In this document: piece after piece, positions 1 through 11,555 of the stretch
How positions within the stretch are numbered: position 1 is the first letter of the stretch
How the letters are laid out: the number at the start of each line of letters is the position of its first letter
Assembly (NCBI RefSeq): GCF_001447785.1
Contig: NW_015174905.1
Span: forward strand, 186,001 to 250,000
DNA: 64,000 nucleotides
Source: Gekko japonicus
Taxonomy: Eukaryota
Direction of reading: 5' to 3'
Position numbers and translations under genes: made by a program
The notes under the pieces: generated by a model
The model's database searches: none
What the model saw: the letters and a program-made list of their open reading frames with translations, nothing else
What the model was told of the DNA's origin: nothing

Positions 1-132
1 TAAGTGAATTTTATAGTATTGCACTTCTGTATTTGTGTTTTATTGTATTTTAACCTGCTGTACACCACCTTGAGCCTGCCTGTGCAGGAAAGGCGGGTTA
101 TAAATCGAAAATAATAAATAAATAAAAATAAT
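1..132 (+). mobile_element. L2-type LINE 3' tail fragment
   Basis: tgtacaccaccttgagcc...aaaggcgggttataaat followed by an (AAAT)n-like tail, typical of squamate L2 ends. Confidence 0.55.
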
Positions 133-715
133 ATTCCCCCCCCCAGTGATTGTATCACGTATTATAAATGGTATCTTTGTAGCATTTAAAACTATTATGT
201 GATGCTCCTACACTACAATCTGATAAAAGCTTTACCACTGGATTATGCTGCTTGTATAACTCAGTCCTAGTATCTCAGAAATAAATGGTAGACCCTGAAG
301 ACTGGGAACTATGCGATAGCTGGCATTTGTTGCCAGTAGCCGCCAGGGAAGGAGGTTAAAAGAGTGGTGATGACAATGGATTTCTTTCTTTGGCTAGGGG
401 CAGCTGATGGTACCACAGCCATGGTGCATATGCTTGTAGCTGTAAAAGCTACAGTGTGCTGTTAAAAGGTTACTATAAGGCTTTCAGATGCTGTAAATAA
501 TAGATTACAACATCACCATACCAAAAAATGTGTGGGTCCTAACTGGCCAGAAATTTGGGAAGTATGATGGGGTTGGGTTTAAAAGGAATTAAGCAGTAAA
601 TAGTCTGGGATAAAGTATCCGAAGCATGCATTGAAACATTGACATTGAAAGATGGGGACAGTCGCCAATCCTTAATTATCCTGACTGGAAGTGCACAGAT
701 GATTAAATCTGCTGT

Positions 716-1310
716 AATAATAATAATAATCTTTCAATTTATTAATCGCTCAATCCTGCAGAGCTGCTGGCTCTGAGCGATTTAGTTACACATTCACAAG
801 GGACTAACAAGGATTCATAGGGGTAAGGGAGGACAACACATATAAATCTTTAAATCGCACACATTCGCAGCAGATGGGGATTTTGTTTCAGCTGTAGACT
901 AGACATGTTCCAGACGGCATTTTTCCCTTGGCTTGGCTTGATGACGTCAGCTTTCTCCAGGACTCCAGGACTGCTTCGAGTCACAACGCCGCACTGCCGC
1001 TGCCTGGCTGGAACGGCCCATTACAGGCTTCTTGATGTCAAAGAGATTTTTCTAGGCTTCCGATCTTATGAGCTGGACATTCCGTTCGCCGGCTAACACC
1101 TCCCCCGCCGGGGGGGTTAGTGTGCCCTCCCTCTCTAAGGAGTGGTACCCATTTTATCTACTCGCTGAAGCTTTCGAACCGCTGGGTGGACGGCGAGCTG
1201 GGGACAAGGCTGGTAGCTCACACCAGCACGGGGCTAGAACTGACAGCCGTTCTGTTCAGCTCAGATGTTACTTATAACCAGAGGATAAATCCCCTGTGCC
1301 ACCGCTCCCC
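716..1310 (-). mobile_element. Composite SINE-like element: Sauria-SINE-like head, unique body, L2-like tail with (ATT)n
   Basis: 1135-1310 shares motifs with the Sauria SINE at 16824-17176 (agtggtacc..atttatctact, gctttcgaac.gct.ggt). 716-1080 is the reverse complement of 12195-12578. Confidence 0.6.
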
Positions 1311-1754
1311 TGTAGGGTAAGTAAACAATGTACCTAATTCTCAACTTGGCCTCTGTGGTTACTGGAGCCACAGACAGACCAGAAAGATCTTTCTACAAAC
1401 ATGAGAATAGACCCAGGTTTGCAGAAAAATCTGAAATCTAAAAAAAAAAAGTACATTGGAGGTTAACCTACCGCCTGATAGAAGCAGTGCCTATAGATTT
1501 AATAAACAAATGCCCTTAGTGGCCATTGCTAAGCAGTTACAATGGTATTGCCAGCCTTTAGCCCTTGGTTTCTGTCAGTAAAAGGCAGGAGCAGGGGGGG
1601 CAGACACCTTTCCCAGGTTGTTTTGGCCTTTGAGGAAAGACTCACTGAGGGCCAGGCCTGGCAGCAGCCATGGCCAACCTGATACCATGAAACTTGCATG
1701 ACTCACCCAAGCCTGGCTGTTTGCTACTGTTCAAAAATACCAAAAACAACATCG

Positions 1755-1972
1755 TACAGTGGTTAGAGTTTCAAACTAGGATCCGGAAGACACAGGGCCA
1801 AATCTCTACTCCACCACGGAAGCTCACTGGATGACTTTGGGCCAGTTACACACTCAGCCTAACCCACCCCACAGGGCTGTTGTGAAGAGAAATGGAGGAC
1901 AGGAGAATGATGTACGCTGTTTTGGTTCCCCACTGAGGAGAAAGGTGGATTGAATATGAAGTAAACAAATAA
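1755..1972 (+). mobile_element. tRNA-derived SINE (Squam3/MIR-like), old copy
   Basis: agtggttagagt A-box-like head, ctcagcctaacc..acagggctgttgtg body, A-rich tail. Confidence 0.6.
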
Positions 1973-2829
1973 TCAATATAGCTTAAAATGGGGGAGCAGA
2001 TAAAAGATAGGCTGGTTCATGGTTGGGAAGGAATGAGGGAAACAGGGGAAACTGAGGATATGGGAAGCTGTCAGGAGAAGAGAAAGAAATAGTGTAGTGA
2101 GGGGAATGGAAGGGAAAGTGAGGGGTCCCCTCAAGCCCTTGCAGTTTCCCCACCTGCAACTGGGCTGAGCCTGCCCAGCACCACAAAACTCAGCCCATCT
2201 CAGCAGCTGGGACCACACAACTGGCTGGTAAGCGGGAAGAAGAGAAGGAAGCAGGAAAAGGAGAGAGGCTGTGGGGAGTTCGTGGGAAAGGGAAAAGTGG
2301 GGAAGGGAAAAAATGAGACGCCCTCTGCAAGTCCTTGTGGGTCCTCCGCTTGTCAAATTATCACTGCAACCTAGAGATGCCAAACACCAGTGGGAAAATG
2401 AACGAATGAAAATGTTATGCTTTTTATCTGCCCCCAGGAATTCATCAATCAAACCACTGGCCTGTTGAGGTAGCAATATCTCCAGGATGTTGGGAGCCTC
2501 TCCAGCATCTCAGCTGGAAATCTTCCACCTCACCCACTGCCTGATCCTTTTATCTGGTACCTTGTGCATGCAAAGCAGATGCTCAGCCACGGAGCTACAG
2601 AATCTCACAGCAGTATACAATGCTGCATTTGGAGTCTCAGGCTGCTTGAATAATCCCTGAATAAGGAAGTCGAGATTCAAATGTCTTATACTTTGGAAAT
2701 CGGTTGTGTGACTGCATCTTTTTTTCTTTCTCTCTCTCCCACCCAATGCACAAGTACACTCGACTCTTCCCAAAGCCTGGAAACCCCTCCCCCCTCTCTT
2801 GAAAACAAAAGGGTGCGTTCAGATCGGCC

Positions 2830-3400
2830 ACTAGAATCCCTGGATGGATGGCGGGCGGGCGGGAAGAAGGGGCGCATCAGATGACGGGAGAGAGAGGGAG
2901 GCAAAGCCATGTTAGCGGGGAGGGAGCGGATGCCTAGCCGCCTTTACCTTCCCCGTCGCGCTCAAAGATCAGGACGTTGCCCAGGAACGGATAGCAAGGG
3001 CTGACCCCCGGGATGGGCTTCATCTCCTGCCATACTCGAAAGTAGCAGAGCAGCAAACGGGAGGCGGAGGCCACCAGCAGGGTGGCCAGCAAGGCGACCG
3101 CGGCCGTCCCCCAGTAGAAGAGCTGGCCGCCCTCCGAAAACTTCTGCAAAAGCTCCATGTCCACCGCGGCGCCGAGAACAGCCGCGCCTTCCGGGGAGCA
3201 AAGAGTTTTGCCGCGGGGAGGAGGAGCCCGGAGGGCGAAAAAGGGAGGCCGGCAGAGCACCGAGCGAAGGCGGAGACAGCCGCGCAAGGAAAGAAGGGGG
3301 TGGAAGGCAGGCGGCGAGAGAGAGGCTGGCTTGAACATCTGACTTTTCAACCTCTCCTTGGTTTCACTGTTAGCGACTACATTCCTCCTCCTCCCTCCTA
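2830..3400. promoter_or_regulatory. CpG island / promoter of CYP4V2-like gene
   Basis: GC- and CpG-rich segment overlapping exon 1 and its 5' flank in an otherwise CpG-depleted background. Confidence 0.7.
2948..3158 (-). CDS. CYP4V2: Cytochrome P450 4V2-like, coding exon 1 (remaining exons outside window)
   Basis: ATG at 3158 (gacATGG). MELLQKF...WGTAAVALLATLLVAS is a membrane anchor. YFRVWQEMKPIPGVSPCYPFLGNVLIFERDGE resembles CYP4V2 [31 protein letters not shown]. 211 nt, phase-1 donor G|GTAAAG at 2947. Lies downstream of FAM149A as in human. Confidence 0.9.
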
Positions 3401-3498
3401 GATTTTAAAGGAAAAGACACATTTGTATCTTCTAGACCTAACTCACTCAAGACAAGGCGGGTTACAAAATATGGGACGTACTAAAACTAAGGACAGCG

Positions 3499-3783
3499 AT
3501 TGCCCATAGGGAATACATGAGTGCCCATAAAGAATAATGGAGAGTAGGGCTTGCCTAGAGGGAATAGCGCAGTACATAATTGCCAATAGAGAATCCATGG
3601 CAGCCCATAGGGAATACTGGAGAGGTCGCTTGCCCATAGGGGATAATGGAGTACATAATTGCCAATAGAGAATCCATAATACCAATAAAGAATCCATAAC
3701 TGCCCATAAGGAATAATGGAGAGGACGCTTGCCCATAGGGGATAATGGAGTACATAATTGTCAATAGAGAATCCATGATTGCC
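3499..3783. repeat. Minisatellite (ttgcccataggg..ataatggag..tacataattgccaatagagaatccat units)
   Basis: About 4 imperfect units; the array resumes at 4305 after an L1 insertion. Confidence 0.8.
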
Positions 3784-4304
3784 AAGCAAAATGAAAATTG
3801 TTCAGATAAATGTTGGAAATGTAAAAATAAGATAGGTACATTTTATCATATGTGGTGGCTTTGCGATGTAACAAAGAGATACTGGAGATGGATCCACGAG
3901 ACGATGCAAGAGATATTGAGAACTAAAATACCATTTTTGCNNNNNNNNNNNNNNNNNNNNNNNNNNNNNNNNNNNNNNNNNNNNNNNNNNNNNNNNNNNN
4001 NCATGGAAAAAACTGTATGACTGGTACAACATAAATGCATAGTTTAAAGTAATGGAAATTTTGGTATTATTAATCTCGTTTAGTTAATTAGAAACTATGG
4101 TAAAAAGATAAGAGTGTACAGAAACTTAAGCAAACCCATAGAAAGTGATTTAAGAAAATTGTTAAATATGGTAATAGAGTTATACTGATCTCTTTGTATG
4201 TGTTATGTATGTAAGTGGATGTTTGTTATATGTTGTATGTATGTTGGTTTGTGTATAATATGAAAAGTAATAAAAGGGTACCTAAAGGGTACTTTTAAAA
4301 AAAG
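3784..4304 (+). mobile_element. 5'-truncated L1 (ORF2 C-terminal zinc knuckle + 3' UTR + A tail) with 18-bp TSD
   Basis: CWKCKNKIGTFYHMWWLC motif; aataaa and A run. agagaatccatgattgcc is duplicated at 3766-3783 and 4305-4322. Contains the N gap 3941-4001. Confidence 0.8.
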
Positions 4305-4344
4305 AGAGAATCCATGATTGCCCATATGCAATATTGCCCAAAGG

Positions 4345-5550
4345 TTATTCCGGCTCCCCCAGCTCTCATTAGGGGCTCTTTAAAAAGTTATGGCTGCTGA
4401 TGTTGACAGCGGCGGCAGCAGCGGCAACGGCCACGGGGGGAGGGGCGTGAAACGTTCCCCCACCTCTCTGGGCCCCGGGGTGGTGGCCTCGGAGTCCTAG
4501 GGGCAAATTTCACCTCTCGTGTGTGACATCACATGCGAGAGGTCATTTCGGCTCCCCCAGCTCTCGTTAGGAGCTCTTTAAAAAGTTATGGCTGCCGACG
4601 CTGCGGCAACAGCCGCTGGGGGGCGCAAAACGTTTCCCCGCCTCTCTGGGCCTCGGGGGGGTGGCCACGGAGTCCTAGGGGCAAATGCCACCTCTCCCCC
4701 AGCTCTCGTTTGGGGCTCGGACATCACACGCGAGAGATCATTTCGGCTCTCCCAGCTCTCGTTAGGGGCTCGGACATCACATGCGAGAGGTCATTTCGGC
4801 TCCCCCAGCTCTCGTTAGGGGCTCGGACATCACATGCGAGAGGTCATTTCGGCTCCCCCAGCTCTCGTTAGGGGCTCGGACATCACATGCGAGAGGTCAT
4901 TTCGGCTCCCCCAGCTCTCGTTAGGAGCTCTTTAAAAAGTTATGGCTGCCGACGCTGAAAGTGGCGGCAGCAACGGCAGTGGCAATGGCCATGGGGGAAG
5001 GGGCGCGAAATGTTCCCCCACCTTTCTGGTCCCTGGGGGGGTGGCCTTGGAGTCCTAGGGGCAAATTCCACCTCTTGCGTTGCCGCTCGGACATCACACG
5101 CGAGAGGTCATTTCAGCTCCCCCAGCTCTCATTAGGGGCTCTTTAAAAAGTTATGGCTGCTGATGGCGGCGGCAGCAGCGGCAACGGCCGGCGAGGGGGA
5201 GAAGCGGGAAACGTTCCCCCGCCTCTCTGGGCCCCAGGGTGGGGACCTTGGAGTCCTAGGGGCAAATTCCACCTCTTGCATGTGATGTGATGTCACACGC
5301 GAAACATCATTTCGGCTCACCCAGCTCTCGTTAGGGGCTCTTTTAAAAGTCATGGCTGCTGATGCTGGCGGCGGCAGCGGCAATGGCCGCGGGGGGGAAC
5401 ATTCCCCCGCCTCCCTGGGCCCCGGGGTGGTGGTCTTGGACTCCTAGGGGCAAATGCCACCTCTTGCATGTGATGTGATGTCACACGCGAGAGGTCATTT
5501 CAGCTCACCCAGCTATCCTTAGGGGCTTTTTTAAAAGTTATGGCTGCCAG
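4345..5550. repeat. GC-rich compound tandem array (53-bp units plus longer ~190-bp units)
   Basis: ggctcccccagctctcgttaggggctcggacatcacatgcgagaggtcatttc repeats with period 53 (aggtca at 4788, 4841, 4894). Longer units contain aaaagttatggctgc and ggagtcctaggggcaaat. Confidence 0.9.
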
Positions 5551-6228
5551 TTTAAATGTTTAAAAATCCAATTTTTTTTTAATGATTTTTATCCATCCTG
5601 ACTGGATATTCCAACCTTTTAACCCTTCCTGCCCTAGTTGGCTGGGAGATCCTTACCCCGTCCAGAGTGAGGAAGCCCAATGGTGAACCCCCATCTCCCA
5701 GCCATTAAAGAGCGCATGTCCTACACATCTCAATGCCCAGCTTATGTTTTAACAATAGCTTTCCATCTTGCCCTTCCTGGAAGGTAGAGCAAATGGTTAT
5801 CTTCTCACAGAAATGCATCTTCGCCCTAGCTGACACTTTTGTACATTTGATGGCTCACTTGCCTGGGAAAGCAAGCTGCTGAGCTTCAAAGCACTTTACA
5901 TCTCTGTTATAGTGACAGGTGTTTACAGACATTATACTTATTTGGATTTTGATTTTGCTAATGACATGTATATTCCATTTATTGTTAATATATTAGTTTT
6001 ATATAACTAATGTTGTTGTCGCATCTCACCTGGTGAAGAGAAGTTCAGGTTCAAATCACATTGAGATAAGTAATCTTCCATGCAGCATTTTTTTTTTTAA
6101 CTTTCATGGTTTAACTTCCATGGTTTTTTAACTTTCATGGTTTGCCACTTACAGAGGCATTATAATTCAGACTGTAGCATAAACTCTTTTTTATAACATG
6201 CAATGATTGCTCATTTTGCAAATACAAT

Positions 6229-6365
6229 GAGAGCCAGTTTGGTGTAGTGGTTAAGAGCAGTAGACTCTAATGTGGAGAACTGGGTTCAATTCCCCACTCC
6301 TCCACATGAAGCCAGCGGGGTGACTTTGGGCCAGTCACAGGTCTTTCAGAGCTCTCTCAGCCCCT
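6229..6365 (+). mobile_element. Squam3-type SINE, 3'-truncated
   Basis: gagagccagtttggtgtagtggttaagagc...gggttcaattcccc (tRNA A/B boxes). Confidence 0.75.
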
Positions 6366-6464
6366 AAAAACAAATCTAGTTTTCCGCTAGAACAACGCTA
6401 ATAGCTAGAACTTGTGGCTGCCAGACGATCCTAGGATCTCCTGGCTATTCTACACACAATGCCA

Positions 6465-6545
<81 letters not shown>

Positions 6546-6552
6546 GAAGAAG
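6465..6552. repeat. (GAT)n microsatellite followed by (GAA)3
   Basis: Directly visible. Confidence 0.98.
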
Positions 6553-7344
6553 AATTGCAAATACAATTAGCCCTCTTATTGCTTCTTAATGTTTTTTCAG
6601 ACATTTTTTCCCATAGCTTATAAATACAAGAGATTACTCTTGTCATATGTTTGAACTGGTTTATATCAAGCACGACTCATAAGTTTCTCCTCCCCTTCAC
6701 CTATCTTTTGGATGCTTTGCATTGCCAAATTGGGTTGGACTAATTTGGGGATTATAGGGTGATGTTGTATTAGATAGACCATTTAAAAAGAGATTATGTT
6801 AGCTCCTGCATGTTGGCATAATTCTTATCCAAGACATATGGCACGCAGTTGATGGGGCTATTAGACAGCGTGGGTGAGAAGCAAGTAATTACCTTCACGT
6901 CTATAACCTGAATCTATAACCAGCACAGCCATTCCGGATTCCAGGCTATATGGTAACATTACAGGGGAGGGCAGTGGCTGTGCCAAGCACAAACCATCCA
7001 CATTGCCACTCTCCATAAAAGTGTTGAGAAATCTGTACCACACATGATGAGACGCAATCGCTGTTTGCACAATTTGGGCTATGATTAGTCCAGATGCGCT
7101 CCTTGCTGTCTGGTGCTGCTCTTTTGTCAGGAAGAAGGAGACTGTAAGCAGGAGAGTGTACAAAGATAAGTAGATGGCCCCCAAGCACAAACACTCTGGT
7201 TAGCACAAGATGATGCAGAACAAAAAGACACACAGGTGCACACAAACTGAAGCACTCAGTACCACAGCGGTTGCCTGAGGATTTGTTAGAGCTACAAATA
7301 TAAGAAGCACAAGAGTGCAATCTGGGATTTTGTGGGGAGGGGGT

Positions 7345-8050
7345 TATTATTTATTTATTTTTGTGATTGTGATCCTGCCCTGCCCCGCAAGTGGGCACAG
7401 GGCGGCTTATAACAAGTCATAAAACCATGAACAATTCCATACAAGACTAATACATTAAAATGTTAGTTAAGCAGAATGAAAAATTTTAAATAAGACATTC
7501 AGGATGTATCTAAACCTAATGGCAGCTCAGTGGTTAGTTCAGGCCAGCAGGGACAGTGGATCACTCTAATGGAGTCGAAGTACTGCACCTGGTGCTCATG
7601 ATGCGAGTGGCGCCATGGGGTGGTTGAAGCAGGGGAGGCTGATGTTATTTGATGTCCGCTGCTTCAGCCAAAAGCCTGGCAGAACAGCTCTGTCTTCCAG
7701 GCCCTGCAGAACTTTAACAAATCATGCAGGGCCCCCCTGATCTCAATCGGGAGCATGTTTCACCAGGCCGGGGCCAGGGCCGAAAAGGCTCTGGCCCTGG
7801 TCAAAGCAAGGCAGATGTCTTTCAGGCCGGGGATTTCTAAACAGTGCTGGTCTGAAGAGCACAGGGCTCTTTGGGGCATGTATGGGAAGAGACGGTCCCA
7901 CAGGTAAGCTGGTCCCTGGCTGCATGGGGCCTTAAAGGTCAATACCATCATCTTAAACTTGACTCGGTACTCAACTGGCAACCAATTTATCTGGTGCAGT
8001 AGTGGCTGAATGTGCACCCGCACAGACATCCCAGTAAGCAGGAACGCCAT
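7345..8050 (-). mobile_element. L2 LINE 3' fragment
   Basis: Minus frame HIQPLLHQINWLPVEYRVKFKMMVLTFKA...RAFSALAPAW is typical of the L2 ORF2 C-terminus; (AAAT)-type tail near 7350. Confidence 0.8.
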
Positions 8051-8612
8051 CAACATGTATTTATAGTTAGGATTTTTTGCTCCAATGTACATAACTTTGC
8101 ACTTGGCCACAATGAACCCCATTTGCCACGTTGATGCCCACTCACCCATCTTCAACAGATCCCTTTGGAGTGCCTCACAATTCTCCCTGCTTTTCACCAC
8201 CCTGAACAACTTCATGTCATCTGCAAATTTAGCCAATTCACTGCTCACTCCTAACTCCAAATCATTAATGAACAAGTTAAAAAGCATTGACCGAGTACTG
8301 ATCCCTGCAGTACCTCACTGCTTACCACCCTCCACTGAGAAAATTGCCCATTTATACTCACCCTGTTTCCTATTAATTAGCCAGTTTTTGACCCACAAGA
8401 GGACTTGTCCTTTTATTCCGTGACTATTGAGCTTACTTAGGAGCCTTTGATGAAGAATTTTATCAAAAGCTTTCTGGAAGTCAAGGTAAACAACATCTAT
8501 TGGGTGCCCCTTGTCCACATGTTTGTTCACCCCCTCAAAGAACACTAACAGGTTAGTGAGACAAAATCTTCCCTTACAGAACCCATGCTGAGTCTGCCTT
8601 AATAGCTTTTGT
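8051..8612 (-). mobile_element. CR1 LINE reverse-transcriptase fragment
   Basis: VDKGHPIDVVYLDFQKAFDKILHQRLLSKL and LFNLFINDLELGVSSELAKFADDMKLF, frameshifted. Confidence 0.9.
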
Positions 8613-8619
8613 TCAATCT

Positions 8620-10670
8620 TTTAAAACTCTACCGATCTACCAATGCAATCTTTTAAAACTTTTCCAATCAATCACTTTACTTTTAAAACAATGGAATAAA
8701 CTAAACCTATCCTGGATGGAGAAAATCAATATGGTTAAATCTTTTATTTTTCCACATTTTTTGTTTCATTTCAGAACTTTACCTATCCCAATTTCAAATA
8801 AAAACTTTACTATTGGGCAGAAAACTTTAAATGATTTCATTTAGAATTATAAAAAGCCAAGGGTAAGTTTTTATACAATGTGCAGACTTTCTAAGTTAGG
8901 AGGCCTTGATATCCCCAACCTAAGATTTTACTATGATGCAGTACAACTCACGAATATAGTACTGGTGCTAAATCAAAACATTTCTATACACAGAATATAA
9001 GACACACTTATATCCATCCCAACTCTTTTTATGAAGCTATTTGGGACAAGCTTTCAGATAGACTGAGCTATATTACACCAACATTTTCCTATCCAGTACA
9101 CTCTAGGTTTTGGATAAAAGAAGAGCCAAATTAGTTCCCAATACTTCCCCAGTTTCCACGTTTTTAGGATAGAGCTGGTTTTTACCAGGGGAACACCATG
9201 ATTCATTCAAACTTTGGAGAGCCTCTAATTTATCACACTTGATAGACACAGGGCTATTTTTTGGGCAGGAACGCACAGGAGGCTCCTGAGTTGGCCACGC
9301 CCAGCAGGGACTCATTAGCATAATAGGCCACACCCAACAGCAGAAATTCATTAGGATTGGCTACATTATGGGTGTGTGGCCTAACATGCAAAGGAGTTCC
9401 TGCTACAAAAAAAGCCCTGGGTTTTGACAACAAAGTAAACAGAATAAGAAGCAAACGGTGGGTGTGGCTGGATGACCACACTTCTGGTAACACAGGGGTG
9501 TGGCCTCATATGCTAATGACCCATGCTGTCAGGGGTGTGGCCTAATATGCTAATACATTTCTGCTGTTGGGTGTGGCCAATTATGCTAATGAGTTCCTGC
9601 TGGACTTTTTCTACAAAAAAAGCCCTGGATAGACATAATAAAAAAGGCACTATTATAGATAAAACATCCCAAGAAACAAAAATAGGGGAGATAATACCAC
9701 TGTGCCAGTATCTTCAAGCCAAACACTTGACAGAGCACTCTGTGATTCAAAGTAATCTTATGAGAGGCACAACAGATTTTGACAACTTACTTAAACAAGA
9801 CATTAGCAGTTATAAAGGCCTCATTTCGAGACTGTACAAGATCTTAATCTCAACTGAGGGAATTAAACAACCTTCCTATAAAGATTGTAATCATGGTCTA
9901 AATTTGGCTGTCATGTATATTTACAACAAAATAATTAAATATTAAAATTCAGTCGTTTAAAACTCTTGCTCGCTGGTACTTAACACCATTGAAGTTGCAC
10001 CATATTATTTAACACCTCAAAAATTATCGCATATAACATCTGCTGTTTCTCCTGCATGTTGGAAGAAATGCGGAGGTGTGGGAAATTATGTTCATTGTTG
10101 GCTTAAATGCCCGAAACTAGAGCTGTTTTGGAAAGAAATAATAACTCAGGTCAAAAATATAACTGGTTATGAATTGCAATGCATAGTGGAACATATACTA
10201 CTAAATAGATGGCAAATGCATATACAATCTAGTAGTATTATGAAAAGAATAGCCATTTTGTTGGCAGCAGCCAAAAATGCAGTAGCCTTATTTTGGAAAG
10301 ACACTAAAAGTCCTCAACAACATCATTGGCACGCTAAACTTTGGAAGTTCTATATAATGTCAAAAATAACATAAAATGTAGATGGAAGAGATGTATACAA
10401 ATCTTCTTTAGATCATGCTATGATTTGGTTCCCTATTGTGAATTATTTAATTGATCAGGGTGAAATCCCTACTACAGTTAATGACTTAAAACTATGGTAA
10501 GATGTGAATGTCTCATTGACCTGAAAAATGTAACCTGATACTGTAACTTTGAAAATGTAATACTCTTTTTAGCAACTCTAGCACTCTTTTCCTGTATACT
10601 CCAACTTACCTGTTTTGTTAATTGCTATTTTTCTTTGCATTTATTAATAAAATGTTATTTAAAAAAAAAA
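8620..10670 (+). mobile_element. Degenerate L1 ORF2 3' portion with poly(A)
   Basis: GGLDIPNLRFYYDA near 8900; CWKKCGGVGNYVHCWLKCPKLELFW knuckle; aataaa plus A run near 10660. Confidence 0.8.
9249..9627. mobile_element. hAT-type MITE inserted in L1, 8-bp TSD
   Basis: TIRs cagggctatttttt / aaaaaaagccctg; gatagaca at 9241-9248 and 9628-9635. Confidence 0.85.
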
Positions 10671-11265
10671 AGCTGCACCATATAGACTCCAAAATGCAAC
10701 CTTTTTGCTGGAAATGATGTGGGGAAATTGGCTCGTTCATGCACTGCTGGTGGAATTGTAAAGAAATTTTGGCAAAATGTTATGACTTTAATCCATAGTA
10801 TTACAGGCTACGCAATCCCTATGAAACCCAAACTGATGTTACTAAACTCTTGGCACAATTATAGCATTCCATGAATATGAAGGAACTTGATAGCTATTCT
10901 CTGTACAATGGCAAAAGCAGTAATCACTTCATCTTGGAAAGATGCAAATCCTCCTTCAATCTTCTCATGGTACGGAAGAGTGTGGGATTACTATATAATG
11001 GAGAAGATATCAGACTACATTTTACACACAGACTCTGGATCATATTACTCAAACTTTGAGGAACAGTGGCACCTTGTTTTGGAATTTATGGATGGCAATG
11101 AACAGAGCTTCAAACATTTATATCCAGTTGTCTTGTTTTATAGCTATTTAATGCAACTGTACTGTATCTATGTTTAATCTCAGGATCATTTTTATGTTTA
11201 TCTTAATAAGGTTCCGGTTTGTGTTTTACATTGTAAGGGTTTATATATTAAAAAAAACAAAAAAG
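10671..11265 (+). mobile_element. Second L1 3' fragment
   Basis: CWK*CGEIGSFMHCWWNC knuckle, AKAVITSSWKD, A-rich tail near 11250. Confidence 0.75.
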
Positions 11266-11419
11266 TTATATCATTTTTTATATCATAACGATTACAATCT
11301 CCGGTGGAGGCAGGGATCCCCTGCTGCCAGACCCCACTGCCCCCCTACCAATCAGCTGGCCAGTGGGGAGGATTTACCCAGAAAAAGAGCAAGGTCCACT
11401 CAACATTGCACCTTGGCGG

Positions 11420-11555
11420 TTAATCATGCCGGCAACATGACCACAGAAATGTCTTCAGACAGCGCTGGCTCTTCGGCTTGGAAACAGATGAGCACCGCAA
11501 CCCTAGATTCGGATTCGACTGGCTTTCGAGCAAGGGAAACCATTGCCCTTACCAC
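11420..11555 (+). mobile_element. Sauria SINE 3' half
   Basis: catgaccacagaaatgtcttcagacagcgctggctc...atgagcaccgcaaccctaga matches 38280-38398. Confidence 0.8.

Noticed and set aside
1-2947. CYP4V2 exon 2
   Set aside because: No FFQQ...LLKLWxGP-like segment seen; this is intron 1 and exon 2 is presumably outside the window.
2934-3350. 138-aa ORF as a longer CYP4V2 N-terminus
   Set aside because: It begins at a non-ATG codon. Homology and Kozak context start at the ATG at 3158, and the ORF reads through the donor at 2947.
3372-3390. ACTACA-TTCC promoter motif (ZNF143/THAP11-like)
   Set aside because: Only a partial match to ACTACAnnTCCCA.
4533-5383. ORFs or a CRISPR-like array in the GC-rich repeat
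   Set aside because: Head-to-tail tandem units with no unique spacers, in a vertebrate genome; the ORFs are by-products of the repeat.
6431-7320. Poly-Ser ORF and overlapping 109/124-aa ORFs
   Set aside because: The first is a translated microsatellite; the others show no recognisable homology or splice structure.
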